Source: Trueperaceae bacterium
Lineage (GTDB): Bacteria > Deinococcota > Deinococci > Deinococcales > Trueperaceae
Assembly (NCBI GenBank): GCA_035703635.1
Contig: DASSXV010000023.1
Span: 1 to 64,000 of the forward strand
Reading direction: 5' to 3'
Length of the DNA stretch: 64,000 nucleotides
Shown here: positions 1 through 9,008 of the stretch, in pieces
How positions within the stretch are numbered: the stretch's first letter is position 1
Layout of the letters: every line of letters starts with the position of its first letter
The notes under the pieces: generated by a model
The model's input: only the letters and a program-made list of their open reading frames with translations
Database searches by the model: none
What the model was told of the DNA's origin: nothing
Program-made: the position numbers and the translations under genes

Positions 1-1143
1 ACCGGGCTCACGCTCTACGCCGCCGCCAGTGGCTCCAGGCTGCTATCAGTGGGTCAGCAGGCCAGCGCCCGCGTTTCACTCGGCATGGGGTTCTGGCTTG
101 CGTTGGTGGCGTGTTACGTGGGGTGGTTCGCCGCCACGCGCCTTGCCGCCCGCCGGAGTCACGTAGTCAGCGCGGCCCTGCTAGCTGGGGCGTTCGTGCT
201 CTACCTCGTCGTCAGCGGCCAGCTGGCAGGCCTCGGCCTGGTACGAGAGCTGGCTGCGCAGGGCGCGGACTTCAAGGCCGAGCTGGGGCGGCACCTAGCA
301 CTGAGCGGTACCAGCCTCCTCTTCGGTGTGGCCATCGGCCTACCTGCAGCCGTTGCCGCGCACCGGCGGCCAGGCGTAGCGACGTGGTTGCTGCCAACCG
401 TCGCGTTCTTTCAGACGGTGCCGTCCCTCGCACTGTTCGGGCTGCTGCTACCGCTCCTCGCACGGCTGGGGCAGGGGCTCAGCATCGGAACCACGCTCCT
501 CATCGGGTTGCTGCTGCTGCCGCTCGCGCTGCTTGGGCGCGCCCGCACACCATGGCTGAGGATCCCGATCATCGTTCTCGCCGCGCTGCCCGCGCTCCTA
601 TGGGTCACGGTCCTCGCGACCGTCGTATCGGGCCTTCTGTCCAGCTTCCTCGCGGGTTCCCCCGTCTTCTCTGGCGCGCCGACGCTAGCCGCGCCGCTAG
701 GCGTTCTTGGGGTGAGGGGTATCGGAGCGGCGCCCGCGCTGATCGCGCTGATCCTCTACTCGCTCCTGCCCATCGTCCGCAACACGTACGAGGGACTGCA
801 GGGCGTTCCCGCCGCCGCCGTGCAGGCCGGACGCGGCATGGGCATGAGCCGGCGGCAGCTCCTCACCGGGGTCGAGCTGCCGCTGGCGCTGCCCGTGATG
901 GTCGCCGGCATCAGGGCCGCCGCCGTGCTAGTGGTCGGCATCACCACCGTGGCGTTCCTCATCGGCGCGGGCGGCCTCGGCGTGTTCATCCAGCGCGGCA
1001 TAGATCAGGTCGTGCCAGACCTCGTGCTACTTGGCGCCTTGCCTGTGATCGCCCTCGCGCTCCTCGCAGACGGCGGCCTGCGCGCCCTCGGCACCCTGCT
1101 CACGGCGCGGCCGCTACGGCAGGAGGGGCAGAGTGGCCGCTGA
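1..1143 (+). CDS. Osmoprotectant (glycine betaine/choline) ABC transporter permease, YehY-like; 5'-truncated by the window edge
   Basis: Frame is open from base 1. Multi-TM protein with 'QTVPSLALFGLL' and the EAA loop 'AVQAGRGMGMSRRQLLTGVELPLALPV'. Confidence 0.85.
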   Translation, partial: TGLTLYAAASGSRLLSVGQQASARVSLGMGFWLALVACYVGWFAATRLAARRSHVVSAALLAGAFVLYLVVSGQLAGLGLVRELAAQGADFKAELGRHLALSGTSLLFGVAIGLPAAVAAHRRPGVATWLLPTVAFFQTVPSLALFGLLLPLLARLGQGLSIGTTLLIGLLLLPLALLGRARTPWLRIPIIVLAALPALLWVTVLATVVSGLLSSFLAGSPVFSGAPTLAAPLGVLGVRGIGAAPALIALILYSLLPIVRNTYEGLQGVPAAAVQAGRGMGMSRRQLLTGVELPLALPVMVAGIRAAAVLVVGITTVAFLIGAGGLGVFIQRGIDQVVPDLVLLGALPVIALALLADGGLRALGTLLTARPLRQEGQSGR

Positions 1144-2107
1144 CGACCAGCCGGCCAGCGGCCCGGCCATCCGCTTCGAGAACGTCAGCAAGAGCTACGG
1201 CGCTGACGAGGCCGTCGACGACCTCAACATCAGCATCGAGCAAGGCGAACTCGTGGTGCTGCTCGGGCCGTCCGGTTGCGGCAAGACGACGACGCTGCGG
1301 ATGATCAACCGCCTCGTCGAGCCGACTTCCGGCACCATCTACGTGAACGGCAGCGACGTGGCGCGCCAGGACCTGCAGAGCCTCAGGCGCGGGATCGGCT
1401 ACGTCATCCAGGCCGCCGGACTCTTCCCGCACCTGACTAGCGAACAGAACGTCGAGGTGGTCCCAAAGCTCCTCGGCTGGTCGAAGGCCAAGCGGCGCGA
1501 GCGGGCGCGAGAGCTGCTCGCGCTCGTCGGGCTCGAGCCCAACTCCTACGCGGAGCGCTACCCACGGGAGCTTTCTGGCGGGGAGCAACAGCGCGTGGGG
1601 GTCGCGCGCGCCCTGGCGGCCGACCCGCCGATCATGCTGATGGACGAACCGTTCGGCGCCGTCGACCCCATCACACGCGACCGGCTGCAGGGCGAGTTCC
1701 AGGACCTTCAGCGGAGCCTGCGCAAGACGGTCGTGTTCGTCACTCACGACCTCGACGAGGCCGTGCGCCTAGCCGACCGCATCTGCTTGATGAAGGACGG
1801 TGGCGTGGAGCAGTTCGCGGCGCCTGAGGAACTACTGAGCAGGCCGGCCACCGCTTTCGTGGAGAAGTTCGTCGGGCCGCGGAGAGCCATGAAGCGTTTG
1901 GGGCGCCTGCGGGTCGGCGAGCTGGTGCGTCCGGGAACGACCGCCTTGGAGCATGCTGGCACGGTGGGCGTCGACGTCGACCTGCGCACGGCGCTCGCGG
2001 AGCTCCTGCGGCTCGGCGTCACTACCCTCGCGGTCGTTGGCACAGGGGGCGAACGGCTAGGCGAGCTGCGCCTAGCCGACATCGTTGCGCTTGGTGACGA
2101 AGCGTGA
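1133..2107 (+). CDS. Osmoprotectant ABC transporter ATP-binding protein (YehX/OpuCA-like) with a C-terminal CBS-like region
   Basis: Walker A GPSGCGKTT, signature LSGGEQQR, Walker B IMLMDEPF, H-loop VTHD. Confidence 0.92.
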   Translation: MAADDQPASGPAIRFENVSKSYGADEAVDDLNISIEQGELVVLLGPSGCGKTTTLRMINRLVEPTSGTIYVNGSDVARQDLQSLRRGIGYVIQAAGLFPHLTSEQNVEVVPKLLGWSKAKRRERARELLALVGLEPNSYAERYPRELSGGEQQRVGVARALAADPPIMLMDEPFGAVDPITRDRLQGEFQDLQRSLRKTVVFVTHDLDEAVRLADRICLMKDGGVEQFAAPEELLSRPATAFVEKFVGPRRAMKRLGRLRVGELVRPGTTALEHAGTVGVDVDLRTALAELLRLGVTTLAVVGTGGERLGELRLADIVALGDEA

Positions 2108-2889
2108 CGGCTGCAACGGCCCGCAGGGTTGCCCGAAATAGGGCGGCGTGGCAACTAGCGTTAGCTTTGGTGCTCGTAGCGTTGGCGTTCTACTTGTTCG
2201 CGCAGGAGGGGTGGTGGCAGCGGGCGCTAGAGGCGCTGTTCCCGGAACAGCGGCGCGTGCTTTACGGTCGCACCACGCTGCTTCAGCTGGCGCTGCAGCA
2301 CGTAGCGATCGTCGGCGCCAGCCTCGGGGTCGTGCTCGTCATCGGCGTGCCCCTGGGAGTGTGGCTAACGCGGCCGAGCGGGCGCGAGTTCCTGCCCCTC
2401 GCCAACAACGTGCTTGCCGTCCTGCAGACGTTCCCGCCAGTGGCCGTGTTGGCGCTGGCCGTGCCGGCGTTCGGTTTCGGGCTGAGGCCGACGCTGATCG
2501 CGCTGGTCGTTTACGGCCTGCTGCCCGTGGCGCGCAACACCATCGTTGGACTCGAGGGCGTGCCGCCCGACGCGCTCGAGGCGGCGCGCGGCATGGGGAT
2601 GGGCCCGTGGGAGCGACTCACGCAGGTAGAGCTACCGCTGGCGGCCCCCCTGATGCTGGCTGGGGTGCGGGTGAGTGCCGTGTACACCATCGGCACGGCC
2701 ACCGTTGCGCCGCTCATCGGCGCAGGCGGGTTAGGCGTGCCCATCATCGCTGGCTTGGCTGTCAGCAACCTGGCCATGGTGATCGAGGGAGCCGTGCCAG
2801 TTGCGCTGCTGGCGTTGTTGGTCGACAACGCCATCCGGGCGCTCGGCCGCGGGCGTGTTGGAGTCGAAGGCGGTCCGCGCGCGGGGTAA
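2104..2889 (+). CDS. Osmoprotectant ABC transporter permease (YehW-like)
   Basis: 'QTFPPVAVLALAVP..GFG' and 'EAARGMGM..VELPLAAP'; start overlaps the ATPase stop. Confidence 0.88.
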   Translation: MTAATARRVARNRAAWQLALALVLVALAFYLFAQEGWWQRALEALFPEQRRVLYGRTTLLQLALQHVAIVGASLGVVLVIGVPLGVWLTRPSGREFLPLANNVLAVLQTFPPVAVLALAVPAFGFGLRPTLIALVVYGLLPVARNTIVGLEGVPPDALEAARGMGMGPWERLTQVELPLAAPLMLAGVRVSAVYTIGTATVAPLIGAGGLGVPIIAGLAVSNLAMVIEGAVPVALLALLVDNAIRALGRGRVGVEGGPRAG

Positions 2890-2900
2890 GGCGCACTTGC

Positions 2901-3695
2901 CTAACGTCCAACGACCTCCAGCAACTCACCCAACTCCCGGATCGCGTAGGCCGGCGTGCTGTTACCGACGGCAGCGTCGGGATGGAACGCCACGTACATC
3001 GACTCCCGTAAGCTCGCCGCCACCCGCTCCGTCAGCTCTTGCCTCGCGGAGCGCGCCGCCACCGGCAGGGCGGCCAGCGAGGCTGGCATGGAAGCGTCGA
3101 GCCAGACAGAGGTGGCGCCAACGCCGTTCGCGCCGAACACGTCGTGTACGAGCGTGTCGCCCACGAACCACTGCAAGTCGCCCGCCGCTCGGAAGGCTAG
3201 CGGGTCGGGCTTGGCCGCGCCGACGCGGTCGGGGGTGATCACGGCGTCGAAATACTGGAGGAGGTCGAGCGCCTCCAGCACCGGTTCCTGGAAGTAGGAG
3301 AAACCGTTGCTGACCACGACTAGCCGGAAGCCGGCGGCTCGCAGCGCCGCCAGGGTGCTAGCGGCGCCTGGCAGCGCGGCTATGCCCCCCGGCACGCGGC
3401 AGCCCTCGACGACGAGCTGACTAACCGGAGGGATGGCCGCGCCCCCGAAGCTGGTGGCCACGTGCATGAAGATCGCGTCCCAGTCGTAGGCCTCCACGAG
3501 CTTGCCTGCTCGCATGAGCTCGCCGACGCGGCCAAGCACGGCGCTGGTCACCGTCGTCCGAGCCGCCTCGACGTCCTCACCCTGGAGCATGGGCGCGGCG
3601 CGCATGAGCTCGTGAACCCTTGGGAAGACGTAGCTCCCGAAGGGGTTGCGCATGAGCACCCCGTCCAGGTCGAAACCGATAGTCTCTGCTGTCAA
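2901..3695 (-). CDS. HAD-superfamily hydrolase
   Basis: Motif I FDLDGVL, motif II VSNG, KPDP, GDTLVHD. TTG start at 3695 follows a GAGGAG RBS (ORF track starts at 3713). Confidence 0.8.
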   Translation of the reverse strand: MTAETIGFDLDGVLMRNPFGSYVFPRVHELMRAAPMLQGEDVEAARTTVTSAVLGRVGELMRAGKLVEAYDWDAIFMHVATSFGGAAIPPVSQLVVEGCRVPGGIAALPGAASTLAALRAAGFRLVVVSNGFSYFQEPVLEALDLLQYFDAVITPDRVGAAKPDPLAFRAAGDLQWFVGDTLVHDVFGANGVGATSVWLDASMPASLAALPVAARSARQELTERVAASLRESMYVAFHPDAAVGNSTPAYAIRELGELLEVVGR

Positions 3696-3709
3696 GTGAA
3701 TCCGACTCC

Positions 3710-4591
3710 TCAACCCTTGAGGGCGCCAACGGTCACGCCTCGCAGGAAGTACTTCTGGAACGCGAAGAAGATGACGACGACGGGGATGGCGGCAAGCACG
3801 GCAGCGGCCATGTGCAAGCCGTAGAAGAGCGGCTCCCGCTCACGGATGAGCACCAGGCCAACCTGCAACGTCCGCATGCTGCTCGAACGCGTGACGACTA
3901 GGGGCCACACGAACGAGTTCCACTGCGCCACGAACGTGATGATGCCGAGGAACGCCAGCCCTGGGCGCACGAGCGGCAACACGATATCCCAGAAGACGCG
4001 CGGCTCACTGGCGCCGTCCACCCGCGCCGCGTCGAGTAGCTCAGTTGGGAGCGTACCGATGAACTGCTTCATCAGGAAGATGCTGAAGGGACTAACGAGC
4101 AACGGCAGGATCAGCCCGAGGTAGGTGTCGACCAGCCCGAGGCGAGTCACCACCAGGAAGAGCGGCACGAGTATCGCCTCGAACGGCAGCATCATCGAGA
4201 GGATGAGGAGCCAGAAGAGCGACTTCGACCCGCGGAACGGGAGCTTGGCGAGGGCGTAGCCGGCCATGCTGGCGGTGGCGACGGTGACGAGCGTGACGCT
4301 GACGGCCTGCACGAGCGAGTTGAGTACCCAGCGCAGGAAGTTGGGCTGTGCAAGCACTTCCTGGTAGTTGCGCAGCGTCGGCGCAGACGGCACGAGCTCG
4401 GGCGGGAACTTGACGGTGAGCGCGGACGGCGTCAGCGAGGTGGCGAACATCCAGTAGAGCGGTGCAACCGCCGCGAGCGACAGGACGATCAAGATGACGA
4501 GGATGACGACCGCGCCAGGAGCGCTCGGCTTGACGGGGTGCTCGGGGTCGCGGAAGAACGGGTCGAAGCGGGGGCGGGATGGGACGACCAT
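3710..4591 (-). CDS. Carbohydrate ABC transporter permease (MalG-like)
   Basis: 'ELLDAARVDGAS' EAA motif and C-terminal 'GALKG'. ATG at 4591 overlaps the upstream TGA (TGATG). Confidence 0.9.
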   Translation of the reverse strand: MVVPSRPRFDPFFRDPEHPVKPSAPGAVVILVILIVLSLAAVAPLYWMFATSLTPSALTVKFPPELVPSAPTLRNYQEVLAQPNFLRWVLNSLVQAVSVTLVTVATASMAGYALAKLPFRGSKSLFWLLILSMMLPFEAILVPLFLVVTRLGLVDTYLGLILPLLVSPFSIFLMKQFIGTLPTELLDAARVDGASEPRVFWDIVLPLVRPGLAFLGIITFVAQWNSFVWPLVVTRSSSMRTLQVGLVLIREREPLFYGLHMAAAVLAAIPVVVIFFAFQKYFLRGVTVGALKG

Positions 4592-5541
4592 CAGTACTCG
4601 ACGTTCTGGCCGAGAAAGCGGAACTGGATGGCGGCCATGACGAAGGTTAGGAGGAACAACACGATGGCCTGCGCAGAGGCCAGGCCCAAGTTGAAGCGCT
4701 GGAACGCTTCCTGGTAGATGCGGTAGACGACCGTCGTGGTCGCGAACTGCGGTCCGCCTTGCGTCATCACGTAGACGGACTCGAACACCTGGAAGGTGTT
4801 GACGGTGCCGGTGACGACGAGATAGAGGAGAGTCGGGCGGATGAGCGGCAGAATCACGCGCATGAAGATAGTTGGCCTTTTCGCGCCGTCGATGACCGCC
4901 ACCTCGTAGAGGTCGCGCGGTATGCGTGCCAGTGCGGCGGAGAGCAGCACGATCGACGAGCCGCCACCCATGATGACCTGCATGGCCATGAGCGCGGGGA
5001 GCGCCGTGTCTGTGTTGCCTAGCCAGGCGACGGGCTTGGCGCCGAACGTGGACGTGAAGGCGTTCAGGAGCCCGAAGGTCGGGTGGTAGATCCACGCCCA
5101 CACGAGCGAGATGATGATGCTCGACGTAACGGCTGGCAAGTAGAACGCCGACTTGAAGAACGTCTGCAGCGTGCGGTTCATCGGGTCGAGCAGGTAGGCG
5201 ATCAGCAACGCCTTCGCGAGCCAGAAGAACACCACGACGCCCGTGAAGATACCGGTGTTGACGAGCGCCTTGCCGAACAGTGGGTCGTTGAGGACGCGTT
5301 GGAAGTTCCTCAGCCCGATGAAGGTCATGCGGTTAGGCCGCACGTCCATGAAGGCCAGTGCGAAGGCGATCGCGACGGGCGCAAGGAAGAACAGGAGGAA
5401 AAGGACCGTCTGTGGCGCCACGAACGCCACGCCCCAGCGGGCGGCCTGCCTGCGGGAGGCGTCGATGCCGCCAGGGCCCCACCGCCCGCGACCTGTTGGT
5501 CGCGGGCGTGCGAGGGAAGCTCTATCGTTTGCCAGTGACAC
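4591..5541 (-). CDS. Carbohydrate ABC transporter permease (MalF/UgpA-like)
   Basis: 'DLYEVAVIDGA' and 'TQGGPQFATTT'; six TM segments. Confidence 0.9.
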   Translation of the reverse strand: MSLANDRASLARPRPTGRGRWGPGGIDASRRQAARWGVAFVAPQTVLFLLFFLAPVAIAFALAFMDVRPNRMTFIGLRNFQRVLNDPLFGKALVNTGIFTGVVVFFWLAKALLIAYLLDPMNRTLQTFFKSAFYLPAVTSSIIISLVWAWIYHPTFGLLNAFTSTFGAKPVAWLGNTDTALPALMAMQVIMGGGSSIVLLSAALARIPRDLYEVAVIDGAKRPTIFMRVILPLIRPTLLYLVVTGTVNTFQVFESVYVMTQGGPQFATTTVVYRIYQEAFQRFNLGLASAQAIVLFLLTFVMAAIQFRFLGQNVEY

Positions 5542-5591
5542 GAACGCTTACGGTGCTGGCGTCACGCTGAGCGCTAGGGTACGCGGGCGCG

Positions 5592-6950
5592 TCAACGTCC
5601 GAAGACGGCCTGGTTGGCGGCCTTCACGAAGTCGTCGAGAGCCTGTTGCGGAGTCTTGTCGCCGCTCAATGCCGCTTCCATGGCCGCGGTGAAGTGCTCG
5701 ATGGCGGGACCCGTATCGACGTCGGACGGACCGTAGTACGCGATCCCGTGATCGATCGCCGATTCGTAGACGGCCACCTCGGTGGCTACGTCCGCGATGT
5801 ACGGCGTGGCCGTCTCGAACTCGAGTGAGGCGTTCGACGACTTGCGCGCCGTGACGTAGAGGAGGGTCTCGAGGAGCTTGCTGTTCTCGGTGTTCGTGAG
5901 GAAGCGCGCGAACTCCATCACCATGTCGCGCTTGGCTGCGTCCTTCTGCTTGAAGACGAGGAAGCCGCCTGACGTCTCGTACGCCACTTCCCCGGTGGCC
6001 GGGTCGTAGGGGAACGGCGCGATGGCCACGTGGATGGGCGCCGCGATGCGGCCTTCCTTGACGTAGCGGTCGAGGCGGCCGATCTCGTAGATGCCGCCGT
6101 AACCCATGGCGGCGCGGCCTTGGTGCAGGTTGTCGATGGTGCCGTACACGTCGAGCGCTTCGCCGCCCTCTGGAGCGTAACCGTACTTGTACACGAGGTC
6201 GACCATGAACTGCAGGGCGCGCACGCCCTCTTCTGAGTTCAGCACGAACTCGGTGCCCTCGTCGTTCACGAGCTTGGCGCCGAAGCGGTGCATCCACCCA
6301 AGCATGTTGAGGGTGTCCTTGGCGGCGAGGGTGAGGGCGTAAACGTCGGTCTTACCGTCGCCGTCGCGGTCGAACGTCAGTTGATCGGCGGCTGCGAGGA
6401 ACTCGTCGATGGTCCACGAGCGGTCGGGAAGGCTCGGTAGCTCGACGCCGCGCTCCGCGAACAGGTCGACGTTCAGGAGCATGGTCGAGCCCATGCCGTT
6501 ATTGGAGTTGTTCCACGGCCAGATGTAGTGCTGGCCGTCGACCAGGCCCTTGGCGAGCGCGTATGAGAGGAAGTCCTCCCTGTCAGCGTCCGTCAGGTAG
6601 GAGTCGATCGGCTCGAGCAGGCCGTCGCGAACCCAATCGGGGCTCCAATCGAGGTCCTTGAGCACGTCCGGTGGGTTGCCCGCGAAGATGGCGGTCGTTA
6701 CCTTCTCACCGAAACCGGCGTTGGGGACGAGTTCGTACTTCACCGTCACGTCTGGGTGCAGGAGCATGAACTGCTCGCTCATGTAGCGGGCGTACTCCTC
6801 GCCGGTGGCGCTCGCGCCCGCGGCCATGTCTGGCGTGATGATGCGCCACGGGTTGATCCACCACGTGAGCTCCATCTTCTGGGCGGCAGCGAGGCTCGAC
6901 CAAGCGAGGGCGACAACGGCTACAAGGAGTAAGGCTCTGGGTCGACGCAT
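5592..6950 (-). CDS. Carbohydrate ABC transporter substrate-binding protein
   Basis: Signal peptide (AAAQ), 'AGNPPDV', 'WTIDEFLAAA', DRDGDGKTD loop; GGAGG RBS. Confidence 0.88.
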   Translation of the reverse strand: MRRPRALLLVAVVALAWSSLAAAQKMELTWWINPWRIITPDMAAGASATGEEYARYMSEQFMLLHPDVTVKYELVPNAGFGEKVTTAIFAGNPPDVLKDLDWSPDWVRDGLLEPIDSYLTDADREDFLSYALAKGLVDGQHYIWPWNNSNNGMGSTMLLNVDLFAERGVELPSLPDRSWTIDEFLAAADQLTFDRDGDGKTDVYALTLAAKDTLNMLGWMHRFGAKLVNDEGTEFVLNSEEGVRALQFMVDLVYKYGYAPEGGEALDVYGTIDNLHQGRAAMGYGGIYEIGRLDRYVKEGRIAAPIHVAIAPFPYDPATGEVAYETSGGFLVFKQKDAAKRDMVMEFARFLTNTENSKLLETLLYVTARKSSNASLEFETATPYIADVATEVAVYESAIDHGIAYYGPSDVDTGPAIEHFTAAMEAALSGDKTPQQALDDFVKAANQAVFGR

Positions 6951-7196
6951 ATTTGACCTCCGGTTCTAGGACAGGGGTTGGGCTTCGGGCTTGCTTTCCT
7001 TATACCAGTTTGGTGCCAGTTGTTGGCAAGGGGCCCGCCGCACGGCCGCCTCGGGCCGCGCTGAGCCGTCCTCCATCACCTTGGTGGAACGCGCGTAGCG
7101 CAGCATTCAGAGAAGCGGGGCTAGCGCCGCTTGGGTTCCCGGCTCCTGCTCGAGGAGGAACTGTTCTTGACTGCGCGCTCTGCCGCTAACTAGCGG

Positions 7197-7769
7197 CTAC
7201 TTCGGCTTCGGGTACGGGTAGAACCGCCCCCGCCGCCCAGCTTCCCAGTCCGACCGCAACTCATCCGTGTCGATCTGCCAGTCTGGGCGGGTCGCTCTGG
7301 TTACTTCGCGCAGGTCCTGATGCAGCTCCGAGAGGCTGGGGCGGCCCCAGTACCAGTAACCGTTGTAAATGCGCGTGATCGCGAGACTTGGCCCGAGGAC
7401 GAACGTGTACGGGATCATCACGTCGTGTACGGTGTCCGTGTACTCCTTGATCTGCAGATCCTGCTGCACGGTCCGCTTCTCGTCGTGCAGGAACGGCCAG
7501 TGCGCGCCAACGCTTAAGCGCATGCTGTTAGAGCCCCTCACGTCGTCGGTGGTGATGGTCACGATCTTCGTGAACGCAACGTCGCATTCGCTTGAGAACC
7601 TGACCAACTGGTGCAGTTGCTGCCTGTCCCTTGGGCAGAACATGCCGCGCCCCAGCATCAGCACCATGGCGCCGCCGCCCTGCAGGTCGGATAGGCGGCG
7701 CTTGACCCCGTCCTGATCCGGCAGCTCGTAGTCCGTAAGCGTCGCACCAACCACGATCCCGTCTCGCAT
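7197..7769 (-). CDS. Redoxin/AhpC-TSA family (thioredoxin-fold) protein
   Basis: 'GATLTDYELPDQDG..RLSDL' and 'RGMFCPRD' with a single active-site Cys. Confidence 0.75.
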   Translation of the reverse strand: MRDGIVVGATLTDYELPDQDGVKRRLSDLQGGGAMVLMLGRGMFCPRDRQQLHQLVRFSSECDVAFTKIVTITTDDVRGSNSMRLSVGAHWPFLHDEKRTVQQDLQIKEYTDTVHDVMIPYTFVLGPSLAITRIYNGYWYWGRPSLSELHQDLREVTRATRPDWQIDTDELRSDWEAGRRGRFYPYPKPK

Positions 7770-7915
7770 CTTCGGCCTCCGCCACTACGGTAAGCACCGT
7801 GGGCGCCGCGAAGCACGGCAGCGCTCACGGTAACCTCGACGAGAGCCGTGCGCCGCATACGATGGCAGCAACGAAGTGCGCCAAAGCGGCGCCGCATGAA
7901 CGCGGAGGAACCCCG

Positions 7916-8902
7916 ATGACGACCAAGACGACACCCGGCCCCGTATCCAGCTACCTGAGGCACCACTACCGGCACTTCAACGCCGCGGCCATGATCGACG
8001 CAACAGACGCATACATCGCGCACCTGGACGCCGGCGGCGCCATGATGATCACCCTAGCTGGCGCCATGAGCACGGCAGAACTCGGGTTGTCACTCGCCGA
8101 GATGATCAGGCAAGACAAGGTGCAGATCATCACCTGCACGGGCGCGAACCTGGAGGAAGACGTCTTCAACCTCATAGCCCACGACTTCTACGAGCGCGTG
8201 CCGCACTACCGCGACCTCACTCCGGAAGACGAACAGGCGCTACTCGAGCGCCACATGAACCGCGTTACCGACACGTGCATCCCCGAAGGCGAAGCCATGC
8301 GCCGCCTCGAAGGCGCCCTCCTCGCCGAGTGGACGCGCGCAGACCAAGCAGGGGAACGCCTCTTCCCACACGAGGTCCTCTACCGCATCCTGCTAGCGGG
8401 CCAGCTCGAGCAGTACTACCAGATCGACCCGCAAGACTCGTGGCTGCTCGCGGCCGCCAAGAAGAACCTCCCCATCATCGTGCCAGGCTGGGAGGACTCG
8501 ACGAGCGGCAACATGTACGCCGCCCATAACCTCTCAGGCGAGATCAAGAACGTCCACACGGTGCGCACCGGCATCGAGTACATGATGTGGCTCGCCGACT
8601 GGTACACGGACATGGCCGCCAAACGCTCGGTTGGCTTCTACCAGATCGGCGGCGGCATAGCGGGCGACTTCCCCATCTGCGTAGTGCCGATGCTCGAGCA
8701 GGACCTGCAGCGGCCAACGCCGCTGTGGGGTTACTTCTGTCAGATCAGCGACTCGACCACCAGCTACGGCTCTTACTCGGGCGCAGTGCCTAACGAGAAG
8801 ATCACGTGGGGAAAGCTGGGGATAGACACGCCGAAGTTCATCGTCGAGTCGGACGCCACCATCGTAGCGCCGCTCATGTTCGCCATGATCCTGGGGCAGT
8901 AG
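7916..8902 (+). CDS. Deoxyhypusine synthase-like protein (bacterial polyamine biosynthesis)
   Basis: 'AGAMST', 'TGANLEED', 'IGGG', 'GSYSGAVPNEKITWGK' (catalytic Lys), 'SDATI'. GGAGG RBS precedes the ATG at 7916. Confidence 0.9.
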   Translation: MTTKTTPGPVSSYLRHHYRHFNAAAMIDATDAYIAHLDAGGAMMITLAGAMSTAELGLSLAEMIRQDKVQIITCTGANLEEDVFNLIAHDFYERVPHYRDLTPEDEQALLERHMNRVTDTCIPEGEAMRRLEGALLAEWTRADQAGERLFPHEVLYRILLAGQLEQYYQIDPQDSWLLAAAKKNLPIIVPGWEDSTSGNMYAAHNLSGEIKNVHTVRTGIEYMMWLADWYTDMAAKRSVGFYQIGGGIAGDFPICVVPMLEQDLQRPTPLWGYFCQISDSTTSYGSYSGAVPNEKITWGKLGIDTPKFIVESDATIVAPLMFAMILGQ

Positions 8903-8924
8903 GCGCCGCCCAACCCATAAGAGC

Positions 8925-8996
8925 AGGGCGCGCGGCCAGCAACTACTGGCCGCGCGCCCTTGAAGCGTGTGCCTGGCAGAGTCACCTGCCAGGCAC
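8925..8996. terminator. Two tandem hairpins between convergent genes
   Basis: AGGGCGCGCGGCCAG/CTGGCCGCGCGCCCT (15-bp stem, 8925-8960) and GTGCCTGGCAG/CTGCCAGGCAC (11-bp stem, 8969-8996). Confidence 0.7.
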
Positions 8997-9008
8997 GTCG
9001 GCTAATGG

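Noticed and set aside
111-1304. 397-aa alternative-frame ORF, representative of many long overlapping ORFs in the track (e.g. 2148..3011, 31738..32814, 36618..37583, 57496..59085)
   Set aside because: These are Arg/Pro/Ala-rich or antisense shadows of well-supported genes, as expected at high GC. They have no motifs or RBS.
4592-5101. N-terminal extension making the permease 463 aa
   Set aside because: It overlaps the upstream permease out of frame. The real start is the coupled ATG at 4591.
6999-7029. Possible promoter TTGCCA...TATAAG with a CCAGTT direct repeat upstream of the sugar SBP gene
   Set aside because: The spacer is 19 nt and the repeat is short, which is too weak to call.
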